The notes beneath the pieces were generated by a model. That model made no database searches. It saw nothing but the letters and a program-made list of their open reading frames with translations, and had not been told where the DNA came from. Below, one piece after another: positions 1-10,118 of a DNA stretch of 64,000 nucleotides. This DNA comes from Gemmatimonadota bacterium. Its GTDB lineage: Bacteria > Gemmatimonadota > Gemmatimonadetes > Longimicrobiales > Gaopeijiaceae. Made by a program: the position numbers and the translations under genes. Each line of letters begins with the position of its first letter. Position 1 is the first letter of the stretch. The stretch covers positions 2,432,001 to 2,496,000 of the forward strand of contig JAXHMG010000003.1 in assembly GCA_034521595.1 (NCBI GenBank), given 5' to 3'.

Positions 1-520
1 CCCGCTCGAGAGGATGCCAGGACGCACCGGCATCACGGGTGCGGTAGACACGCATGCGCGCCTCCGGTGTGCAGCGGAAGCCATCCGACTCCAGCGGCAC
101 GATGTAGACCGTGTCCGGGTCGTGCGGATGCGCGGCCATCGCGAAGCCGAAGTCCGAGGGAACACCGTTCGCGATATCGACCCACTCCTCTCCCAGTCGT
201 CACTGCGGTAGAGGCCCCAGTGGTTCTGCAGGAAGAGTCGCTCCGGCCGGTCGGGATGGTGCACGACCTTGTGCACGCACTGCCCGAACTCCGGATGCGG
301 ATCCGGACGGCCGGTGCTCGTGCTCGAGGAACCTACGCACCGGAGCCCACGTGTCGCCCCGAGATCGTCGGAGCGTCGCAGCGTCGTCCCGAAGAACGGG
401 CTCCCGGGGGCCACCCAAAGCGCAGCGTGGCCACCGCGCTGGTCGACGGCGAGCGCGTAAGCCCCCTCACCGGGAAAGTGCGGGCCATCCACCACCCACG
501 CCGGCCCGACCCGACCGGGC
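1..520 (-). pseudogene. Degraded BNR/Asp-box (sialidase-like) beta-propeller protein; runs off window edge
   Basis: Minus-strand pieces DGPHFPGE..ALAVDQR..GSPFFGTTLRRSDDLG, PEFGQCVHKVVHHPDRPERLFLQNHWGLYRSDD and WVDIANGVPSDFGFAMAAHPHDPD..CTPEARMRVYRTRDAG. Frameshift at about 195, apparent internal deletions, no clear start. Confidence 0.65.
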
Positions 521-532
521 GGAAGAGCGGAT

Positions 533-886
533 TCAAAGGATGGCGCGCACCTCTTCGACGGGGCGCGCCAAGACCGCTCGATCGCCCCGCTCGACGATCG
601 GACGTTGGAGGAGCTCCGGGTGATCGACGATCGCCTGCAGGATATCCGCGTCCGAGTGCGTCTCGTCACCCAGATCGAGCTCCTTGTATGCCTTTTCGCG
701 CTTGCGGAGCACGTCGCGGGGGCGAAGCTCGGCCTTCGCGAGCAGTCGCTCCAAGGTCGACCGACTCAACGGATCGATCATGTAATTCACGCGCTCGAAG
801 TCGATACCCTCCTCGCGCAGGAGGCTCACCAGCTTGCGGCACGTCGTGCAGGTGGGCTTTTCGTACACGGTGATGGTTTCGCTCAT
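533..886 (-). CDS. ArsC/Spx family arsenate reductase (glutaredoxin-type)
   Basis: MSETITVYEKPTCTTCRK...HPELLQRPIV...ARP. Confidence 0.85.
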   Translation of the reverse strand: MSETITVYEKPTCTTCRKLVSLLREEGIDFERVNYMIDPLSRSTLERLLAKAELRPRDVLRKREKAYKELDLGDETHSDADILQAIVDHPELLQRPIVERGDRAVLARPVEEVRAIL

Positions 887-992
887 GACTGATCCCCGTC
901 CGTGAAACCGTGAGTGTCGGATCTCGATCCCGAACCGCTCCAACCCGATGTACTCGGCCTGGCGTTGATCGCACATTAAGGTAAGATCTCCC

Positions 993-2483
993 ATGCCGAA
1001 CGACGCCCTCCACGACCTCGAGCTCCTTCTCCGGTCCCGCCACGGGCTCATCTACCTCGACACCGCCGAGACGGTTCGAGCCGGCACCTTGCTCCAACAC
1101 GTCGCGGACCGACTCAGCCTTCCCTTCTTCCGGTGGACACGCTCCAACGGCATTCAACGGGAAGGGCGGTCCGAGGGCGTGTATGACACCAGGGATCCGG
1201 CAAAAGCTCTCCGGCACGTCTCGGCCGCGGGGCTCGAAGCCGTCTACCACTTCGAGGCGCTGGCTCCGAACCTCGACGGCCAGGCCCTTCTCGTCGCGCT
1301 GGCCCGGGACGCCGCCCGCAGCCTCGAAAGGCTCGACGGCGGCATCGTCCTGACCGGAGACGGCCTGGTGCTTCCCCCTCCTCTCCGCGAAGTGGCGGCT
1401 CACGTGACGCTACCGGGCCCTTCCGACGAAGAGCTCGCGGCTCTGCTTGCCGAGATCACCCGTGATCTGTCGCGCGTCCAACACGTGGAGGTCACCCTCT
1501 CGGCGGCGGAGCGCACAGCGTTGGTCCGGCACCTGTCCGGGCTCACGCTCATGGAGGCCGAAAAGGTCCTGACGAAGGCGATCGTGGAGGACGGCGCGCT
1601 CACGTCGGGCGACATCGGTCACGTCCTCGAAGCCAAGCGCCGCATCATCGAGCGGGAAGGCTTGCTGGAGTACTATCCGACCGAGCACGCTTGGGCCGAC
1701 ATCGCCGACCTCGCCGGACTCAAGTCCTGGCTTTCGAAGCGGGCCGCCGTCGTACGCGATCCGGATCGGGCGCGGGAGTTCGGACTGGCGTTTCCCAAAG
1801 GTATCCTCTTGCTCGGGGTGCCGGGGTGCGGCAAGAGCCTGTCGGCCAAGGCCGTCGCCAGCGAGTGGGGGCTCCCGCTCCTCAAGCTCGACCCTTCCAA
1901 TCTGTACAACAAGTACATCGGCGAGAGCGAACGGAACTTCAAGCGCGCCGTGCAAGCAGCCGAGCGGATGGCACCCGTGGTGCTTTGGATCGACGAGCTC
2001 GAGAAGGCCTTCGCATCGGGGGGAAGCGAAGACGGAGGCGTCGCGCAACGGGTCCTCGGCAGCTTCCTCTCCTGGATGCAGGACCGCTCCGGCAACGTAT
2101 TCGTGGTGGCCACCGCCAACGATATCGGCCGCGTGCCGCCGGAGCTCCTACGCAAGGGGCGGTTCGACGAAATCTTCTTCGTGGACCTCCCCGGAGCGCC
2201 CGTGCGTCAGGAGATCTTCCGTGTCCACCTCGAGCAGCGCGACCGGAACCCGGACGCGATCGATCTCGAGGCTCTGGCCGCGCGCACCGAGGGGTTCAGC
2301 GGCTCCGAGATCGAGGAGGTGGTCGTCTCGGGACTCTACACGGCTTTCGCCGAAGGGACCGTGCTCGACACAGCCACGCTCGCGCGTGAAGCGGCCGCCA
2401 CACGTCCCCTCGCCGTCACGATGCGGGAACGGATCGATCGCTTGAGGACCTGGGCGGAGGACCGGGCCGCACGGGCGAACTGA
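993..2483 (+). CDS. AAA+ ATPase (Ycf46-like)
   Basis: Walker A GVPGCGKS, Walker B WIDELEK, second region of homology [17 protein letters not shown]. Confidence 0.9.
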   Translation: MPNDALHDLELLLRSRHGLIYLDTAETVRAGTLLQHVADRLSLPFFRWTRSNGIQREGRSEGVYDTRDPAKALRHVSAAGLEAVYHFEALAPNLDGQALLVALARDAARSLERLDGGIVLTGDGLVLPPPLREVAAHVTLPGPSDEELAALLAEITRDLSRVQHVEVTLSAAERTALVRHLSGLTLMEAEKVLTKAIVEDGALTSGDIGHVLEAKRRIIEREGLLEYYPTEHAWADIADLAGLKSWLSKRAAVVRDPDRAREFGLAFPKGILLLGVPGCGKSLSAKAVASEWGLPLLKLDPSNLYNKYIGESERNFKRAVQAAERMAPVVLWIDELEKAFASGGSEDGGVAQRVLGSFLSWMQDRSGNVFVVATANDIGRVPPELLRKGRFDEIFFVDLPGAPVRQEIFRVHLEQRDRNPDAIDLEALAARTEGFSGSEIEEVVVSGLYTAFAEGTVLDTATLAREAAATRPLAVTMRERIDRLRTWAEDRAARAN

Positions 2484-2546
2484 ACACGACCGCCCCGGAG
2501 AGCCCACCCCGGCGTGCCGCCACCGCCGCGGCACGCCGGGCGGGAT

Positions 2547-3797
2547 TCAACGGGCGCCGGAGGCCTCTCCCGCGTCCCCTTCCGATTGGTCGCCGCCCGC
2601 GACCGCGGTGGGTTCCGTGATACGGATGACGCCCGCTCCGGCTATCGCTCCGGACGGGTCGCGCCCCCAGCAGTGCACGACACCGTCCCCGGTCAGGCCG
2701 CAGGTCCGGTACGCGCCGGCGGTCAGGTCCGCGAAGGCGTGCTCGCCCGTGACCGGTGTGGGCTCCATGCGGGCGTCCGTGCTGCCGTCGCCGAGCTCGC
2801 CGAAGCCGTTGAAGCCCCAGCAGTACGCGGTATCGTCGGTGGACAGCCCGCATGTGTGCAAGGACCCGACCGCGAGTGACTCGAACCGGACATCTCCGGC
2901 CACCGGTGCGGGCTCCGAGCGCGGCTCGTCCGTCCCATCGCCCAGGGCACCGTGTCCGTTGGAGCCCCAGCAGTGGACGACACCATTCGCGGTCAAGCCG
3001 CAGGTTCGGTTGAGACCGGTGTCGATCTCGTCGAACCTCACATCACCCTGGACCGCGACGGGCTCCGACGAAGGCCCGGACTCCTCGGTGCCGAGCTCAC
3101 CGAAGTCGTTGCTTCCCCAGCAGTAGGCGCGTCCCTCACCGTCCAGGGCGCACGTATGGTCGCCACCGGCGGAGATGGTGGTGAAGCTGTGTCCACCTGC
3201 GACCGCCGCGGGCTCCAGGCGCGCCTCCGTGGTGCCGTCACCCAGCTCTCCGGAGTGGTTCCTGCCCCAGCAGTAGGCGTCTCCGCCTTCGGTGAGCACG
3301 CAGGCGTGCTGATTCCCCACCGCCACGGACGCGTAGGACCTCTCGCTCGCCACCGGAGTGGGCTCGAGACTCGGCTCACCCGCGGGCTGGCCCGGTGCCC
3401 GGGCGATCTCCATGCCCCAGCACCGGAGCTCGCCGCCTTCGAGCGCGCACGTCCGCTTGTGACCCGCGGCGAGGGCCGAATAGGTCCCCCCACCGGCGAC
3501 CTCGACCGGCGCGGGCTGCAGCTCTCCCGTCCCGTCACCGACCTGCCCCTGGTCGTTCGCGCCCCAACACTGGACCGTGCCGGATTCGAGGAGACGGCAC
3601 ATGTGATCGAAACCACCGGTCATGCCCGAGCCCACGACATCCGCTGCGCGCGCAGTGACGTGATCGACGGGATCGACCGCTCCCACGACCTCCACGGCAT
3701 CCGAGCTGGTCGCGGCTCCGGGGTCCGGAGGTGGAGACCCCGCGAGGACGAGAGTCAAGGGGATCAAGGGTAGCCAAGATATCCATTCCGCGCGCAT
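2547..3797 (-). CDS. Secreted RCC1-repeat beta-propeller protein
   Basis: Signal-like N-terminus; about 7 repeats of HTC..xxG.xYCWGxNxxGELG. Confidence 0.85.
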   Translation of the reverse strand: MRAEWISWLPLIPLTLVLAGSPPPDPGAATSSDAVEVVGAVDPVDHVTARAADVVGSGMTGGFDHMCRLLESGTVQCWGANDQGQVGDGTGELQPAPVEVAGGGTYSALAAGHKRTCALEGGELRCWGMEIARAPGQPAGEPSLEPTPVASERSYASVAVGNQHACVLTEGGDAYCWGRNHSGELGDGTTEARLEPAAVAGGHSFTTISAGGDHTCALDGEGRAYCWGSNDFGELGTEESGPSSEPVAVQGDVRFDEIDTGLNRTCGLTANGVVHCWGSNGHGALGDGTDEPRSEPAPVAGDVRFESLAVGSLHTCGLSTDDTAYCWGFNGFGELGDGSTDARMEPTPVTGEHAFADLTAGAYRTCGLTGDGVVHCWGRDPSGAIAGAGVIRITEPTAVAGGDQSEGDAGEASGAR

Positions 3798-3907
3798 GTG
3801 CCGCTCCGAGGTTGAATGACTCGACATCGAATCGGTCTTGCCACCGGTCGCCGGAGGGAGCCCTCCGGGCCGGGTCCGAATCGAATCTTTCCAGTCGAAT
3901 TATAGTG

Positions 3908-5098
3908 TCAAGGCCTACCCGGTCGATCCCAGGCCCTGCGACGCATCACGAGTCGCGGTCCGTCCTCCTCGACCTTCCGGAAACCGAGTAAGTGAAAAAA
4001 CTGTTTAGCGTAGAAGCGCGCGACCCGGCGGTCGACGGCAACGGCATGCGGATCGTTCGGTACGCCGTGCACCCCCGGCAGGAGACGTGCGATGCGGTCG
4101 GCTCGTGCTCTCCGGAGGCCGGTCGAGACCGCCATCCGGAAAGGGTTGAAGTCCCGTACCAGGAAGAAACCGTCCTCCCCCTGATGTTGGTAGAGAGGCA
4201 GCAGCAGGCGTCCGTTCATGCCGGCATGCACCTCCCCCGTACGATCTCGAGCGATGAGGTCTCCACGCGCCACCGGATCGAAGTTTCGATACCCGGGCTC
4301 CATCTCGAAGCCGTCCCCGGTACGCACCGGGTGCCGGTGCCGCATCTCGAGCGCCCGAGGCAAATGGGCCGAAGCCTCCGCGAGGACCCGCTCACCGTGC
4401 TCGGCCGCGTCCCCGGCCTCCCGAGCCAGGACGCCGAGATTGCTCAGGGCGACCCAGATCGCGGCCTCCGCACGCTCCACGGCTTCCGGAGCATCGTGCC
4501 GGCCCGTCTCCAGCGTCACGGCGATCAAGCCACGCTCGCTGAAGAACTGCGCGAGCGTCCCGTCGACGAGCTCCTCGAGGCCGAGGACCATCGGGACAGG
4601 GAAGCCCGCCGCGAAGAATCGCTGCGGCAAGGTGTCCCCGAACGCGGAGAAGAGGCCGCCGGGGCCCGAGGTCGTGTGAAGGTCGAGAAGATGCACGGGC
4701 CCTCGCGCCTCCGCCACCGCACGGTCGATCTCCGCTAGCAACTCGGCTTGCTCACGCGCTTCGGCCTCTCCACCACCGCTTCCGCGGGAGCGCACTCCGC
4801 TGACCTGGTCGTCGGTCCAGGCCCGATTCAGGTCGTGCTCCACGAACCGCACTCCCCGTTCCAACGCGATCCGGTTCCCGACGAGGCCCAGGAACGCCCC
4901 ACCGCTCAAGACTCCGGCCCGGTCCAGCCGACGCCCGACGCGATGGATCGCGTGCACTCCTGCCGGCTCGTTTCCATGGACGCCTCCGACGCAAACGAGC
5001 GTGGGACCGGGCGCATCTCCCCGAGCGGTGGCCAGCACACGCTCCACGGGCTCGCTGTCTCGCGCCGGTTCGTGTCGTTCCGCGGTCACTACCATCAT
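3908..5098 (-). CDS. Succinylglutamate desuccinylase/aspartoacylase family (M14) peptidase
   Basis: GGVHGNE, DLNR, DLHTT zinc-carboxypeptidase motifs. Confidence 0.88.
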   Translation of the reverse strand: MMVVTAERHEPARDSEPVERVLATARGDAPGPTLVCVGGVHGNEPAGVHAIHRVGRRLDRAGVLSGGAFLGLVGNRIALERGVRFVEHDLNRAWTDDQVSGVRSRGSGGGEAEAREQAELLAEIDRAVAEARGPVHLLDLHTTSGPGGLFSAFGDTLPQRFFAAGFPVPMVLGLEELVDGTLAQFFSERGLIAVTLETGRHDAPEAVERAEAAIWVALSNLGVLAREAGDAAEHGERVLAEASAHLPRALEMRHRHPVRTGDGFEMEPGYRNFDPVARGDLIARDRTGEVHAGMNGRLLLPLYQHQGEDGFFLVRDFNPFRMAVSTGLRRARADRIARLLPGVHGVPNDPHAVAVDRRVARFYAKQFFHLLGFRKVEEDGPRLVMRRRAWDRPGRP

Positions 5099-7011
5099 TC
5101 GCCTCTCAGGCGCTCATCGAGAAGGTCGTAGGCGATCGGGAGAAAGTCCCGCTCGCTCACGATGCCGACCAGCTTCCCGTCCGATACGACGGGAAGGGTT
5201 GATACCCGGTGCTGACGCATGAGGTCGATGGCGTCCATCGTGCGGGTTTCGGGCCCGACCGAGACCGGGTCCCGCTCCATGATCTCCTTGGCGGCCGGGA
5301 TCGGTTGGGTGGAGCGGTCGAATCCCTCCGCTGTGAGGCGCAACACGGACCGATACGAAACGATTCCTACGAGCGAATGGCCGTCGTCCTCGACGAGGAC
5401 GTGCCGGATCTGATTGCGGTCCATGAGGAACGCCACCATGTCCACGAGCTCGTCCTCGTGCACCGTGAACAGCGACGTGGTCATGAACTGCTCGACGCGC
5501 AGGTAGCTCAAGCGGCCTTCCCCTCCTTCCTCGAGGTGCGCGAGACTCCATAGGTGCACCGGATCGCCACTCTTCTGACGCACGACCATCCCCGCCGTGA
5601 GCGCGGTCAGCCATTCGGCTCTCGTGCTCTGCTGGTCCATCTCCTGCATCGAGTTCAGCATCCAGCGCGCTCCGGTCAGGCGCGCCTCGACTCGGTCTCG
5701 CACCACCCCGAGGTACCGGTCGATTTCCGACCGCGACACCCCGGCCCCTTCGAGTCCGCTCCGCGCCAGAGGCAACATCTCTTCGAGAATGAGCTCCTGG
5801 GCTCCGATCACCCGCCCGTCCAGCCACCGGAACCCGGCCTTGAGCCCGTGGCGAGCCGCGGCGAGAAAGTTCGCCTTCGCGTCTTCGAACGGGATGCGGT
5901 CCGCGATATCGCCGTACTTCGCCCTCGCCCCCAAGACCGCTCCGATCCAGAACGCCGCGTTCGCGACCTCGTCCCGGATCGTGGGGCCCGAGGGAAGCAC
6001 TCGGCATTCGATGCGCACGTGCGGCTTCCCGTCCGTCACACCATAGCACGGACGGTTCCAGCGATATACGGTGCTGTTGTTGAGCTGCAGCGCCTGCAGG
6101 GCCGGAGCACCGCCGGCGTCGAGCACCTCGAACGGGTCCTCGTCGACCTCGCGAGTCAGGAGCACGCGGAACCGCGCGATATCCTCCTGAAAGAGCTCGA
6201 CGATCGAGTCTCGGATCCAGGATTCCCCGAATCGGACACGCGGAGCCAGGTCCCGCATGTGCACCGAGCCGCTCCGGGTGTCGATCGACTGTTGGAAGAG
6301 CGCGATGCGCGTCTCGTGCCAGAGGTGCTTGCCGAACAGTAGGGGCGAGTTCACGGCCGCGGCCATCACGGGAGCGGTCACGAGTTGCGCGATGTTGTAA
6401 ACTGGCGCGAAGTCTTCGGGATCGACCTGAAGGTGGACCTGAAAGCTCGTGTTGCACGACTCGAGCATGACCGAATCGTGCTCCATGTTGAGCTCGTCGG
6501 CACCTTCGATCCGGAGCTTGTAGGGCGCTCCGTTCCGCATGGCCGAAAGCGCTGCGTCGAGTGCCTTATAGCGGCTCATCGGCGTACGGTTCGCCAGGCT
6601 CACGTCCGATTTCGACAGCGTCGGCAAGATGCCGGTCAGCACGACCTCGGCCCCGACCTGACGCGCGGCTTCGCGGACTTCTCCCACCACGGCCTCGAGC
6701 CGTGCTTCCAGGTCACCGAGGCACCCCCCCTCGAGGAGGTGCGGCTCCACGTTGGCCTCGAGGTTGAACAGCGCCAGCTCCGTCCCAAAGGGCCCGTCCA
6801 ACCGCTCGAGAACCTCGAGCGCCGCGGGCGTCGGCCGCCAACCTTCGTTGACGAGGAACATCTCCTGCTCGACACCCGTGCGTCGAACCCCCGACTCGAT
6901 CAAACCGTCGCTCAGCATCCGCTCCAACGCGCGCAGGTCGCGCAGCAGCGCCTTGGAGAAAGCCCGCGTCTGTTCCGGTGTCGTCCGGGTTCCCGATACG
7001 TCCTGGCCCAT
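5095..7011 (-). CDS. Glutamate-cysteine ligase family (GCS2-like) protein fused to a C-terminal CBS pair
   Basis: GVEQEMFLV, ELALFNLE, SFQVHLQ, YRWNRPCY, RIECRVLPSGP; two CBS domains (IRHVLV, VSTLPVVSDGKLVGIVSERDF). Confidence 0.85.
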   Translation of the reverse strand: MGQDVSGTRTTPEQTRAFSKALLRDLRALERMLSDGLIESGVRRTGVEQEMFLVNEGWRPTPAALEVLERLDGPFGTELALFNLEANVEPHLLEGGCLGDLEARLEAVVGEVREAARQVGAEVVLTGILPTLSKSDVSLANRTPMSRYKALDAALSAMRNGAPYKLRIEGADELNMEHDSVMLESCNTSFQVHLQVDPEDFAPVYNIAQLVTAPVMAAAVNSPLLFGKHLWHETRIALFQQSIDTRSGSVHMRDLAPRVRFGESWIRDSIVELFQEDIARFRVLLTREVDEDPFEVLDAGGAPALQALQLNNSTVYRWNRPCYGVTDGKPHVRIECRVLPSGPTIRDEVANAAFWIGAVLGARAKYGDIADRIPFEDAKANFLAAARHGLKAGFRWLDGRVIGAQELILEEMLPLARSGLEGAGVSRSEIDRYLGVVRDRVEARLTGARWMLNSMQEMDQQSTRAEWLTALTAGMVVRQKSGDPVHLWSLAHLEEGGEGRLSYLRVEQFMTTSLFTVHEDELVDMVAFLMDRNQIRHVLVEDDGHSLVGIVSYRSVLRLTAEGFDRSTQPIPAAKEIMERDPVSVGPETRTMDAIDLMRQHRVSTLPVVSDGKLVGIVSERDFLPIAYDLLDERLRGE

Positions 7012-7051
7012 TCCCTCTACTCGATGGAGTACGTGATGTCTCGAAGCGCGG

Positions 7052-7600
7052 TCACCCGATGATCCGGGCGTACATATCCACGAAGTCGTGGGCTGCGGAA
7101 CGGCGTTCGAGCACCTCGTCGGGCCGCATGCCCAACGCGGTGCTGAGGACGCGAACATTGATGAGCGTCACGATGGCTTCTTCCGTCAGCCCGATCTCAC
7201 TCCACTCACTCGCCGGTCGAGCCTGGTACTGCTCGTATACCGACGCGAGTAGACCGGACGCCGGGGCCTGCGCGAACGGCACATGGAGCTGCGCCGCTCC
7301 GACCTGATACCGGCGCGTGAGCTCCACCCAGCTCTGCCCCGAGCTCCGCAACGCCACGAGCGCCTCGGGTGAGATGCCCGCGCGTGTCGCCACGAAGAGG
7401 GCGACCGGGATTTCGTCCGGACGGAGATTCCAGTCGGCGAGGATCGACACCTCTGCGGTGGGAAGCTCGAAATATTCCGCCACGGCTCGGAAATAGGCCG
7501 TCCTCGCCGAGATGTCCTGTGCGCCGACCTCCCCGGCGGCCGTCGCCGTCATCAGGAGGATCGTCGCCAGGACGCTCCCGCCTCGCTTGATCCGCTCCAC
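7052..7600 (-). CDS. Exported hypothetical protein
   Basis: Signal peptide ending VGA-Q; helical body; GGAGG RBS upstream. Confidence 0.7.
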   Translation of the reverse strand: MERIKRGGSVLATILLMTATAAGEVGAQDISARTAYFRAVAEYFELPTAEVSILADWNLRPDEIPVALFVATRAGISPEALVALRSSGQSWVELTRRYQVGAAQLHVPFAQAPASGLLASVYEQYQARPASEWSEIGLTEEAIVTLINVRVLSTALGMRPDEVLERRSAAHDFVDMYARIIG

Positions 7601-7830
7601 CGTGTATCGCCTCCGCGCGGTGCCATGACGTCATGTCGGCTCGCCTCACGTCCGACCTCCCCCGAGATAGCGGCACGCCCCCTGCCAGCGCAAACCCCGG
7701 GCCGCCGCTTTTCGACCTCCTCGACCGGCACGAACCCAGTGAACGGCTCGTGGGTTCCTCCGTAGCCTCATGAGCGCAATCCCACGAAGCGACACATGTC
7801 ACTCTGGCAGGAATCTACCTGCTCACCGCA

Positions 7831-7846
7831 TGGCACGACTCTTGAT
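7831..7846 (+). promoter_or_regulatory. Candidate sigma-54 promoter
   Basis: TGGCACGACTCTTGAT versus consensus TGGCACG-N4-TTGCW (one mismatch at the -12 element), about 55 nt before ATG 7901. Confidence 0.4.
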
Positions 7847-7900
7847 AGCCGTGTCATACAGCCTCGTGGTCCAAATACCCGTGAACCCAGGGAGGCACCG

Positions 7901-8197
7901 ATGACACACGACGATAAGCGTATCGATAAACGCATAGACGAGCCACGGCTGCAGACTCAGGAACGAGATCCCGAAAACGACGTCGTCCAGGACAGCCACG
8001 TCGTGTTCGACTTCACGGGCCTCGAGCGTCCGGACGTGGGCGACTTGGCCCTGATCCTCACGGCACGCTTCGCCGCGGGCCCGGAGGAGCACGTGTGGCT
8101 ACGCGCCCTGCCCTCGCAGACTGCGAGGGTGCTCCAGGAGATGCGCTTGGACCACCTGTTCCTCGAGTACCCCACCGAGCCGGAGCACCTCAACTGA
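7901..8197 (+). CDS. Small hypothetical protein, possibly STAS-like
   Basis: GGAGG RBS; VVFDFTGLERPD..DLALIL..RVLQEMRLDHLF resembles the STAS pattern. Confidence 0.6.
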   Translation: MTHDDKRIDKRIDEPRLQTQERDPENDVVQDSHVVFDFTGLERPDVGDLALILTARFAAGPEEHVWLRALPSQTARVLQEMRLDHLFLEYPTEPEHLN

Positions 8198-8220
8198 GTT
8201 GAGCAAGCTTCAGCCAGCCG

Positions 8221-8270
8221 AACGCCACGAGCCCCGGCCCGCTCAAACGCGGGCCGGGGCTCGTGGCGTT
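8221..8270. terminator. Perfect 22-bp inverted repeat between convergent genes
   Basis: AACGCCACGAGCCCCGGCCCGC-tcaaac-GCGGGCCGGGGCTCGTGGCGTT. Confidence 0.75.
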
Positions 8271-8311
8271 CCGACGCCGTCCTCGGAAGGAGACATACCC
8301 GGAGGACGGAG

Positions 8312-9409
8312 TCAGGAGGAAGGGGAGGCTTCGTCCAAGCGGCGCAAGAGTGTTTCCAGCACACCTTCCTCGACCGGCCCTCTCAGGATCAACCACCCCT
8401 CCCCACGAGGCACGACCAACTCCTCCTGCTCGGGCTCCGGGGGGGCGACACCGTCGGGATCGAATCCCTCCGGGAGGTGAATCAGCTCGAGCGTCCCACC
8501 GTCCTCCAACCGCTGGAGCACGCGCACGCCCGCGGGCACGACCCCTTCCTCGCGCCACACGATGGAGAGCACCTCGAGTCCCGGCACCACCAACGACCCC
8601 GGATCCGACGACGTCTCATCGCGCCCTGATCTCACACCCAGCCCGTCTCGCAAAGCTTCCAAGCTCCTGGAGTCCAGAGCGTCCCCGGCTCCGTCCGAGC
8701 GTGTCGCGAGCGCGAGGCCGGGCTCGCTCGACCTCGCCTCGGCCTCCGCCGTGAGCGGAGCGTCACCGGCCTCGTAAGCCAGCTCCGGAGGTGGCTGGAG
8801 TGTTCCAGCAGGTTCATCGGTGTCCGCGACATCGACATCCGCGACCTCCACGGCGGCCAGCACCGGTGTGACGTCCAGGGTCGGCGCCCGTAGCGGGGCC
8901 GGGGGCGACGGCACGGCCGCCGCGTCCGCTTCGGCCTCGGACGTGACCACCGGCTCAGCAGTGCCCGGCGCCTCGGCGGTCACTTGTCCTTCGGTGCGCG
9001 CGGCCGTCCCCGATCGAGCGCGGTCGCCGGACGTGGTCCGGGCGGCGGTCGAAGGCGCTCCGGGCTCCGGATCCGCGCCACCACGCAGCATCCACCCGAC
9101 GCCCAGCGCCAGAACGACCGACGCGGCCCACCCGAAACGGTAAAGACGAGAACGGGCTCGGGGAGACTCCACCCCGGATGAGCCCGCACGCCGCTTGAGC
9201 TCTTCGAGAGGCGGCGGGGCCGGGCTCAGGTTCGGCTCGGCGAGGATGGCGTGCGCCGACTCCCGAAGCGCACGGGCCTCACGGAGGGCTTCGGCGCACT
9301 CCGGGCACCGGTCGAGATGGGCACGAATCCTCCGAGCCTCGCCGCCGGAATACTCGTCCAGGGCGCCGTCCAGGTAGGCGTGCAGCGCGCCCTCATCGAC
9401 GTGCGACAT
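8312..9409 (-). CDS. Zinc-finger (zf-HC2) membrane anti-sigma factor
   Basis: MSHVDEGALHAYLDG..HLDRCPEC, TM segment WAASVVLALGVGW; overlaps the sigma factor stop. Confidence 0.85.
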   Translation of the reverse strand: MSHVDEGALHAYLDGALDEYSGGEARRIRAHLDRCPECAEALREARALRESAHAILAEPNLSPAPPPLEELKRRAGSSGVESPRARSRLYRFGWAASVVLALGVGWMLRGGADPEPGAPSTAARTTSGDRARSGTAARTEGQVTAEAPGTAEPVVTSEAEADAAAVPSPPAPLRAPTLDVTPVLAAVEVADVDVADTDEPAGTLQPPPELAYEAGDAPLTAEAEARSSEPGLALATRSDGAGDALDSRSLEALRDGLGVRSGRDETSSDPGSLVVPGLEVLSIVWREEGVVPAGVRVLQRLEDGGTLELIHLPEGFDPDGVAPPEPEQEELVVPRGEGWLILRGPVEEGVLETLLRRLDEASPSS

Positions 9410-9944
9410 GCGCCTCCTCCTCTTCTCGATAGGCCTTGGCCAACCTCTTGCGTGCCCGGGCCAGCGTCGTTCCGATCGCGCCCACCGCGAGTCCCGTGTG
9501 TTCGGCGATGTCGGTGTAGCTCTGGCCCGCGTCCCAGAGCAGAAGCACGTCACGGTCCCGCTCCGACAGTGACTCCAGCGCTGCCTTGACTCGGCGCCAG
9601 CGTGCTTCTTCGTCCAACTCGGCCGCCGGATCCGACGACGGCCCCGACGCGACCTCACGCTCGCTCTTGAGCAAGGCCAGATGCTTTTTCCTGCGCAGGA
9701 CCATTCGCGCTTCGTCGCGAGCCAGGTTGGCGGCGACCTGGAAGAGCCAGGCTCTGGGCCGCTCCGGGTCGTGTCGGAGCGCACGCACGAACGCCTCCTG
9801 CGCCAGATCCCGGGCACGCTCGCCGTCCCAGACCTTGCGGTGCAGAAAGCGTACGAGATCCGGAAAGGTGCTCCGGTAGATCTCGTTCCAGTCGCTCGCC
9901 AATCGAACCTCCGCGGTTGCGCTCGGACCGTCGCGAACGGGCAC
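9393..9944 (-). CDS. ECF RNA polymerase sigma-70 factor
   Basis: ARDLAQEAFVRAL, WLFQVAANLARD, SYTDIA..GTTLARARKRL; exact start uncertain. Confidence 0.9.
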   Translation of the reverse strand: MPVRDGPSATAEVRLASDWNEIYRSTFPDLVRFLHRKVWDGERARDLAQEAFVRALRHDPERPRAWLFQVAANLARDEARMVLRRKKHLALLKSEREVASGPSSDPAAELDEEARWRRVKAALESLSERDRDVLLLWDAGQSYTDIAEHTGLAVGAIGTTLARARKRLAKAYREEEEAHVARR

Positions 9945-10118
9945 GGTCGGTAGGGCTCGGGGCTACGTAACCGACCTACAGTCACGCACCGAGTCGTCCC
10001 CGTGGCCGTTCTTACCCCTTCTGTGACGTTCGAGATCACACCCCTTGCACACGGGGTGCGTTCTGCGCTGATTCTTCGGGAGCGTGCAGCTTACCGGACG
10101 AACCCCTGGAGGTGGCCC

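Noticed and set aside
8312-10039. 575-aa ORF as called in the track
   Set aside because: The N-terminal part overlaps the sigma factor out of frame; the real anti-sigma starts at 9409
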